From: Mayamaea pseudoterrestris
Taxonomy: Eukaryota
Length of the DNA: 64,000 bases
Direction: 5' to 3'
Assembly (NCBI GenBank): GCA_027923505.1
Contig: BROI01000036.1
Coordinates: 62,001-126,000 of the forward strand
Shown piece after piece: positions 56,648 through 64,000 of this stretch (within the stretch, counting starts at the first letter, position 1; each line of letters opens with the position of its first letter). The position numbers and the translations under genes are program-made. Below the pieces are notes generated by a model, which was not told where the DNA came from, ran no database searches, and was given only the letters and a program-made list of their open reading frames with translations.

Positions 56648-59398
56648 TTAAACATTTTCGCGCGGGCGCTTCAACTCGTCTTCGCCGAACAACAACGCAT
56701 TATCGTCATCATAATGCTTGGCCTCATCGTCGTCGACACGCAACACTGCATCATTCTCGTCAAGAAGGAGCGCCTCGCTACTTTCAAAGAATCCAGATCC
56801 TTGCGTTTCGGATCCTCTCGCTGTATGATAGGATGCTTCGGCGGGAAAAAGGTCAACACTCGTGGCATCGCCAACGACTGTATCCGAGCCTTGCGCTTCC
56901 TCATCACTGTCCTCGCCCTCACCGCGACGATACGGCATGGGTTTGCGTTCATCCTCGCTGGCCTTCAAGCATGGTTGAGCATAGGCGAGGCTCTCCAATG
57001 TATCGTTGCCATCACCCTTAAGCTCGCCTCGCTTCTCGTCAAACTCGGCAGCCGTCTCGAGCGAAACGTTCATGAGAGGGCCAGCTACGTTTTTACGCAG
57101 CTGGTGATGGGCAATCATTGTGCCGACTAGCGCGACAATGGCAGTAAAGATGGCTGGACCACCTGCTTCCTGTGATTGCGAAAAAGAAACGGTTTAAGAA
57201 GTTGTTACTAGAATGCGAAACACAGCATTCAATCTTCGGCGGAACTTACCTTCAAACCAAGATAGGCACACATAATAAACTCGGCCATGTACAAGCACAC
57301 TAGAATGAAAGCGGATATCTTCTCCCAGATCAATCCACCGGTCTCAAACTCTTGCGAGTAAACGTGCAAGCACTGATGCTTCCAGACCAAGTACCAAATT
57401 CCAAAGTAAACGGCCGCAAAGACTTCCAAGATGGGGACAATGGCCATGTACGTAAACGTCAACAAGAAGATGAAAATGATGGCGGGAACCTTCTTTCCAA
57501 ACTCAATCGACTGTGGCTTCTTTCTCTCATCCAGCATTCGCTGTGTCTGCGACGGCTCTGGTCGAATGCACTTCATAATAGCGTCCTTCACCCAGTACGT
57601 CGCCTGCGAAAGCTCGAGTCCGTAGTACAAGAAGGAGCCAGTGATGACAAGATTCACAAAGAAGGTTGTTGCACCCGGCAATGCCGCAGCCAGCAGGGTT
57701 GCAATCGAACTGGGATTCTCAAACAAAGCATTCAACTGATTGAAGGCGCTTCCTCCAATAATAATCAGCCACAAGTTGGCAAACTGAAAGATTTGATACC
57801 AAAACAACGCATAGGCGTCGACTTGCGCCATGCTCTTTTCGTGAATGAATTTCAGGGCGCACATCTCAAGCGCCTTGTAGAGCAGCGCCATGAAAACCTG
57901 CAAAAGAATGACTGGCAGCAAACCACTGATCAAACCGTAGTAGAATGAGTTGGGATCCAAGGGAGGAATGCCGATCGTCTGCAAAAGCGAGTTTAGATTG
58001 GAAAGTCCACTAACAACCGCCATCGGGAAGCTCCAAACTTCGAGAATGAAACGATGTTGGGGATCAGTTAGTAAGGTTGCGTGCCGACAATCATGAGTAT
58101 ATCAGCCGCGTATACTTACACAACGCAAGAACAATCCACATTCCAGCCGCCAGGGTTCGATAGAGTCCTTGCTTCTTGACAGGGAACGGAATATTCTCCC
58201 AATGAATATCTTTAGGAACCGGCGCATTGTCGCAGTCCAAAAAGTTGACCTTCTCCGACAGCTCGCACTGAACTGCTTCCTGCTTGGCTCGCATGCTACG
58301 AAAGGTGACAAAGGCTGTCGACACAGGCAATGGTGCGCTATCATCTTGTTCGGTCTGAGAGTCTTGATCCGTTAAGTCAACGCTCTTCGATTCATTGTTG
58401 CCTCTCTGTGAGCCCTTGAATGAGACTCTGCTCGATCCTTGCGCCGCAAGCTCGTTGTTTTTATCAGCAAGCGCGATGGCCTTGGCGCGTTCCTCGTCAA
58501 TCTCACGATTCAATCTCTCGATTTCGCCTTCGTAAAATGGCACCGCCTCGACTTTTGTGCCACCGAGTCCACACATTTTCGCGCCTTGCTTGGCCTTTGG
58601 TGCTGGCTTGTTTGGCTTGGCGTGAATGTGCGCCGTCGCCTTTTCCAGCTCTTCAATCGCTGTCTGCCGCTCCTTCACCAGCGCATCCAAAACCTTGGTG
58701 TCTTGAACGACATAGACTTGGCGGATATCGCCCGGGAAGAGTCGCTCCATGTATGCTCGCAGACGATGATTCGACTGCAAGTGCGACGGCACGTTTTCAA
58801 TGATGGCGGCGTATCTGTAGTCATCGTCAGTGCCCTCCATGCCGTGCACCAAGTAGTGGAGGCGGCGAGGAGCATACTCGTTCTTCCACTCGCTGTAAAG
58901 CAAGTGCATGGTATACGCGCAAAAGGCACTGAATGCAATCGCCGATGCCCACAACCTGTTACCGGCTTGCTCAATCGTCGCCGCGGTGATGCTGTTGAAC
59001 TCCTCCGTATCAGGTCCAGTTCGCGTGCCTGTCGCATAAATCGGAATCAAGAAAATGACACCAACGATACTGCCAAACACTGCGACGCGAAACCCGAGGC
59101 GAAGCATGCGACAAAACATGTACATGTCGAGGCCCATGCAGCGCAACGCTTCGTCGTTGTCGATGCGGTAGGCTGCCAATGCCAACCCCCACCAAGCGTT
59201 CCCCTCGTACGGCGGAGGAGATCGATGAGCCACGCGATGCTGCCGCGTTTCATACGGCATGTGATGGCCGTGCGACTTTTGGTAGCGACGCATCACAGTA
59301 AAAACGCAATGGAGAGCAAATCCAATCACCGAAGAGGTGACGAGGGTGGCCCACACACTCGACCATGGCACCACGGTCTTTGACGAAGAGGAAGACAT
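56648..59398 (-). CDS. OSCA/TMEM63/CSC1-family mechanosensitive channel, copy A (introns 58038-58119, 57169-57249)
   Basis: GLDMYMF.R, AFVTF, AP.P.DI.W.N, LPGA.TFF, HQ.LHVY..EFE.GG..W and many TM segments. Confidence 0.9.
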
Positions 59399-59673
59399 GA
59401 TAGGATATGCCAAACTGCTTGCAGATTTGCAATTGTCGGCAGATTTGATTTTGTGGCGCACCTCGCTGGGATATTTCGCAAGGTGTATCTTCCCGCCGGA
59501 GCATCGAAGGCGAGACGAAGAGATTCTTTGCGAACTTCTCGTGTCGCAGTGTGATTGTGGCGAATTCGTTCCGACTCCAAACATGTGCCGCATACATACC
59601 GGTACAAACAGCCTCAGCTAGCATATTTGTGACTACGAAAGACAAATGACACAAACCAATGATATTACTAGCG

Positions 59674-62470
59674 TTACATGAAGTGACTCGTCGGAGTCTT
59701 GGATGCATCCTCCTCAAAGACAACTTCAGTACTGGCCTTTTCACCCTCCGAAACATCGTCGTGCGGTGAATCGGTAAAAGCGGGAGCTTCCTCGTCCGTT
59801 CCATCGCCCTTGCGCCGATAAGGCATGGGACCGCGCTCGTCCTCACTGGCTTTGAGACTTGGTTGGGCATATAAGAGCGACTCGACGGCTTGCGCCGATG
59901 AGGCGGCATCTGCTTCACTCAGCGCCAGCTCCCCTTCCTCCGTGTCAATTTTGGCAGCAATGACCAGGGACAAATTCTTCAGCGGTCCGGCAATGTTTCG
60001 ACGGAGCTGGTAGTGCGTGAGGAGTGTGCCAATCACCGTGACCACCAGCGTAAAAATAGCTGGACCTGGAGCTTCCTGCAAGTTTATAGTAATATATAAG
60101 GATGCATAAGTTGCTAGTTCGACATTCTGCCACCATTTGCTTTCCCTCACTTACCTTTAATCCCAAATACGCGCACAAGATGAATTCAGCCATGTACACG
60201 CATGCCATAAAGAAGCTTGAAAGCGTCTCCCATATCAAACCCCCTCCTTCAAACTCTTGCGCGTAAACGTGCAGACACTGATGCTTCCACACTAGGTACC
60301 ATCCACCAAAATACACCATGGCAAAAATTTCCATGAGCGGAACAATCGGCATGTAAATCAGCCTGCAAAACAAGAGGGGACGGCGAGAAGTGAGCCATTG
60401 GATACAGAGAAACCCCTCGTAGCTTCACTCGTTTTCGTTCACTCCATTCCATGAAATACTCACGTTACCATGACAATAAAGACCACGGGAGGTAGTGTTT
60501 TGCCCCAAGCAATCGACGGTGGTTGGAGCTTGGCGTCAAGCATGCGTTGCGTCTGTGCTGGCTCCGACGTGATCATGCCAATGATCTTGTTGACAATGTA
60601 CGGCACAAACTGCGACAACTCCAGTCCAAACGCCAAAAAGGAACCCATGATAATCAAGTTCACAAAGAACGTACTCGCACCCGGCAACGACTTGGCCAGT
60701 ATGGTCGCAATCGAAGAAGGGTCTTCCAGGATTGCGTGAAGTTGATTGAAGGCACTGCCACCAATGAGAATCAACCACAAGTTGGCAAACTGGTAAATCT
60801 GGTGCCAGAAGAATGTATAGGAATCAACCTTTCCCATGCTTTTGACTCGCACCAGCCTCTTGGCGCATCCTTCAATCGACATGTACAAGACCATCATCAA
60901 AATTTGCAAAAAGACAACCGGCAAAATACCACTGATAATGCCGTAGTAAAACGTGTTGGCGTTGAGCGTTGGAAGCTTGAAGGTTGTCAGGAGCGAATTC
61001 AAGTTGGCCAATCCTGTGACGAACAAGACAGGCAAGGCCCAAACTGAAACGAATGGCCAGTACAGATGAGTGAATGAGTTGAGATTCGTGCGTCAAACCA
61101 TGAATTCATTGACAGTGCACCGGTACGTTTTACTCACACACTGCGCCGGTAATCCAAAAGGCTGCGGCAAGCATGGCGGCGTAGCGCTGTCTCGTGACTG
61201 ACACGGGCACGTTTCTCCACAAAATGCCGTTTGGAATGGGGGCATTTTCGCAGTCCATATTGTCCACCTTGCCCGACAGTTCGCACTGCACGGCCGTTTG
61301 CTTGGCGCGCAGACTCGTAAATGTGACAAAGGCGGTGGCGGCTTGACGATCCTGCTTGGACTGGTCGGTGGAAATGTCTGGATCGCTCTTGGTCATGTCT
61401 GGGTCGCTCATGGAGTGGTACTTAGTGTCGGGTTGCTGCTGCTTGATCGAGTCGCCTAGGGCCACCTTCTCATTGGCTGCAGTGGCAGCATCTCGGTCCG
61501 CCTGCTCATGTATCATGGCTCGCTTTGCGTCAATCTCCTTGTTCAAACGATCGATTTCGCTATTCAAATAATGAATGGCATCCACCTTGGGTCCTCCAAG
61601 TAGTCCAAAGAGCTTGGCGTTTTCCTTCATTTGCGGCGCCGGCTTGGTTGGCTTGGCCTTGGTAAAGGCAATGGCCTTTTCGAGCGCTTCAATCTTGGTT
61701 TGACGCTCCTCGATCAACTTGTCAAGCTCGGTCGTATTTTGAACAACGTATACAGACTTGACTTGCTTCGGAAACAATTGATCCAAATAGGAATGAAGTT
61801 TAGCATTGGATCGCAAGGCGACTGGAACACTTTCCAGCATGACCGAGTAGCGATAATCCTTGGGCGTATTGACATCTCCAGTCGCCAGGAACTGGCTCCG
61901 CAGCGGCGCGTAAACGTCGCGCCACTCCAAATACAGGGATCGCATCGTAAACGCCATGAATAGCAAAAACGCCAAGGCTGTCGCCCAAAGTCTTGCACTC
62001 TGCTGCTCCACGCTGGCAATGGTAATGACGTTGAACTGCTCGGTGGCGGCACCCGTCGCCTTGCCCGTTCCATACACAATCATGAGCAAAACTCCCAGTA
62101 TACTTCCAAAGGTTGACATGCGAAATCCAAGGCGCAGCAAACGCGTAAACATGAAGCAGTCCAAGCCCATGAATTTCAACGCTTCGTCATCACTGATGCG
62201 AAAGGCTTCCACCGCCCATCCAAACCAGGCGCTTCCAGTAAAAGCAGGCGGACTCGTACTGGATCGAGTCAATAGTCGCTTCTCATATAGTGTCAAGTGA
62301 TTGCTCTTGGAGTGCTTGGAGCGCGTCATGGCGAAGAATACGTAAAAGACGAAACCGACGGCGAAGGAAATAATGAGCGTCACCCAAACGACGCTCCAGG
62401 GAACAATCACGTCAGCGTCTCCCGTCGTGGCGTCGTCCGTATTGGCGGCGCCGCCGCTATTATCAGACAT
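59674..62470 (-). CDS. OSCA/TMEM63/CSC1-family mechanosensitive channel, copy B (introns 61044-61137, 60363-60463, 60076-60154)
   Basis: Same motifs as copy A. Shared C-terminal YAQP.LKASEDER.PMPYRR indicates a tandem paralog. Confidence 0.9.
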
Positions 62471-63057
62471 GGTAATTAGTTGTCGTCGTCGACTGCAGTC
62501 GCTTCCAGTTTATCAAGAGGAGGTGCAGCTGCGAGAAAGTGTCAAGTTGCGGCTGCGGCCATGGATCCTTCGCCAACGGTGGATTCTCACGTCTTCCGTG
62601 AGACACTTTCACATTTTGAAAACGATCATGGATCTCATAGTGTAGAGCAGAGTGTACAATTGCGGAGAAACTATTTTGCAAAATTTGGTGGCTGTGCTAC
62701 ACAACCTGGCTCGCATACTAGCTATTCAGCAAATGCCAAATCTATTTCATATCTTGAGCTTGCAGTTCTGCGCGCATCAGCGACGTCAGCGTCTTTCGTT
62801 AGTACCTGAACAGCTCTATCAATGCTGAATGCACCTTTTTGCGACCTGATTTCGTGTGTTGAACAAGACATGGAATGCCGTATATGGGTCAGGGAACCGG
62901 AAGACAGACAAACCGACCTCCATTTAAACCATCTACACTGTACTGCACTCGTTACACATAGAATAACGACAATCACAATTTATTCTATAACAAGCCAAAG
63001 TATGCAGTTGCTACGTCGCCTCACGCTTCACGGCAGCCGTAACAGCAAACGTTTGCA

Positions 63058-63840
63058 TCAGCAAGCAACCGTCGTTAGTATGACGCGCTTTCGTTCCGCG
63101 TTTGGTTTTGGAGACTTTGGTCTTGAATGCAGTTTTTGGCGATTACTACTTGCTGGCAAATCTTTCTCTGAATAGTCGCCGTTCGTCTTGATGGTTTGGT
63201 CATTCGACGAAACTGGATCGTCCGTCTGCATGGCGACGACTGATAAAGGCGTTGCACCGGTCGTTGTCGCAATCGAATCATGCTCCTTCACAGCCAATGC
63301 ATCCGCGGTTCCCATGATGCTCGCATATACCAGAGAGCTTGCCGCACAGTTTCTATACTCTTGTGCAATATCGTTTGCATTCGCGTGACATTCTTGCGAC
63401 AAGTGCACCACGGTTCGAACGGAACGCTTGACCGTTTCGGATCGGTGACGGCGCTGCTTTTGCGACACATACTTTTCCAGTCCACGTCCATCTCCCATGG
63501 TGTTCCAAAGATACAAGTCTTGGGCATGTGAAAATGGATCAAATGCAAAATGACCGGTCACGCTTGTCGTCATGGAAATTGCCAATCGTTCCGCAGCGTC
63601 AAGCGTGTCCTCCATTTGCTGCACGCCCTTTGCTGCCGTTCTTCGAACGTCGCGCGTCTCTAGTTTGGCGTGGAGCTTAATGTTGCTGAACTCTGTCGGC
63701 GTAAAGTAGCGACAAGCCTTGTTTTCGTCGGACATATCGTCGAGGCAAGGAATGGTGTCGTCGATGCGGACGGAGCATTCGGGGCTAGCGAAGCTAACTA
63801 CGCTGCGATGAATTAAAGGCAATGTCATGGTATGAATCAA
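63058..63840 (-). CDS. Hypothetical protein of a diatom-type family (VSF...V / YFT..E / RGLEKY)
   Basis: Intact 260-aa ORF with a motif pattern I associate with uncharacterised diatom proteins. No function can be assigned. Confidence 0.6.
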   Translation of the reverse strand: MIHTMTLPLIHRSVVSFASPECSVRIDDTIPCLDDMSDENKACRYFTPTEFSNIKLHAKLETRDVRRTAAKGVQQMEDTLDAAERLAISMTTSVTGHFAFDPFSHAQDLYLWNTMGDGRGLEKYVSQKQRRHRSETVKRSVRTVVHLSQECHANANDIAQEYRNCAASSLVYASIMGTADALAVKEHDSIATTTGATPLSVVAMQTDDPVSSNDQTIKTNGDYSEKDLPASSNRQKLHSRPKSPKPNAERKRVILTTVAC

Positions 63841-64000
63841 TAAGCGACAAGCAAGCTATGTAACGGAAGTTAATGTTGATGGGTTTGATCAAGAGAATTG
63901 AAAGATTACCTTGACTCGTTCGCCTACTCGTGGAAGAAAGAGAAGACGAGATCAACTTGCCGCGTTCATCGGTGGCAGGACATTTCCATTGATATTCTTC

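Noticed and set aside
58439..61047. Plus-strand ORFs of 170-314 aa opposite the channel genes
   Set aside because: Antisense shadows of the OSCA/TMEM63 coding exons.
1..64000. Prokaryotic origin or operon, suggested by menB and the P-loop kinase
   Set aside because: Spliceosomal introns, RPB1, eIF4G and DHHC genes show eukaryotic nuclear DNA throughout.
1..64000. Genome-wide TAG reassignment as an explanation for the stop at 35290
   Set aside because: Other genes end plausibly at TAG (6489, 10088, 22042, 32439, 35740, 39907), and long conserved genes such as RPB1 have no internal TAG.

Overview
Gene-dense eukaryotic nuclear DNA with short GT-AG introns (about 70-175 bp). The gene set points to a diatom or related stramenopile (inference): an RNA pol II CTD made of YSPTSPA heptads, a membrane guanylate cyclase-phosphodiesterase fusion, bipartite-type presequences and diatom-style hypothetical proteins. 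About 23 protein genes are supported: a giant IQ-repeat protein, HGD, two sulfotransferase-like genes, RPB1, an RRM protein, menB, an ankyrin protein, an LDAH-like hydrolase, RAD52, a MAN1/Src1-like protein, eIF4G-like, a Crinkler-type NTPase-nuclease, a double P-loop kinase, GC-PDE, an ankyrin-DHHC enzyme and a tandem OSCA/TMEM63 pair. The best candidate for an undescribed system is at 33994-35400. One reading frame fuses an NAA80-like actin N-terminal acetyltransferase to an ACTMAP (C19orf54)-like cysteine protease; in animals these are separate genes acting consecutively in actin N-terminal maturation. An in-frame TAG at 35290 interrupts the conserved protease C-terminus. No rRNA, tRNA, CRISPR array or intact transposon was recognised. 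All family calls come from motif recognition by eye, without database searches.
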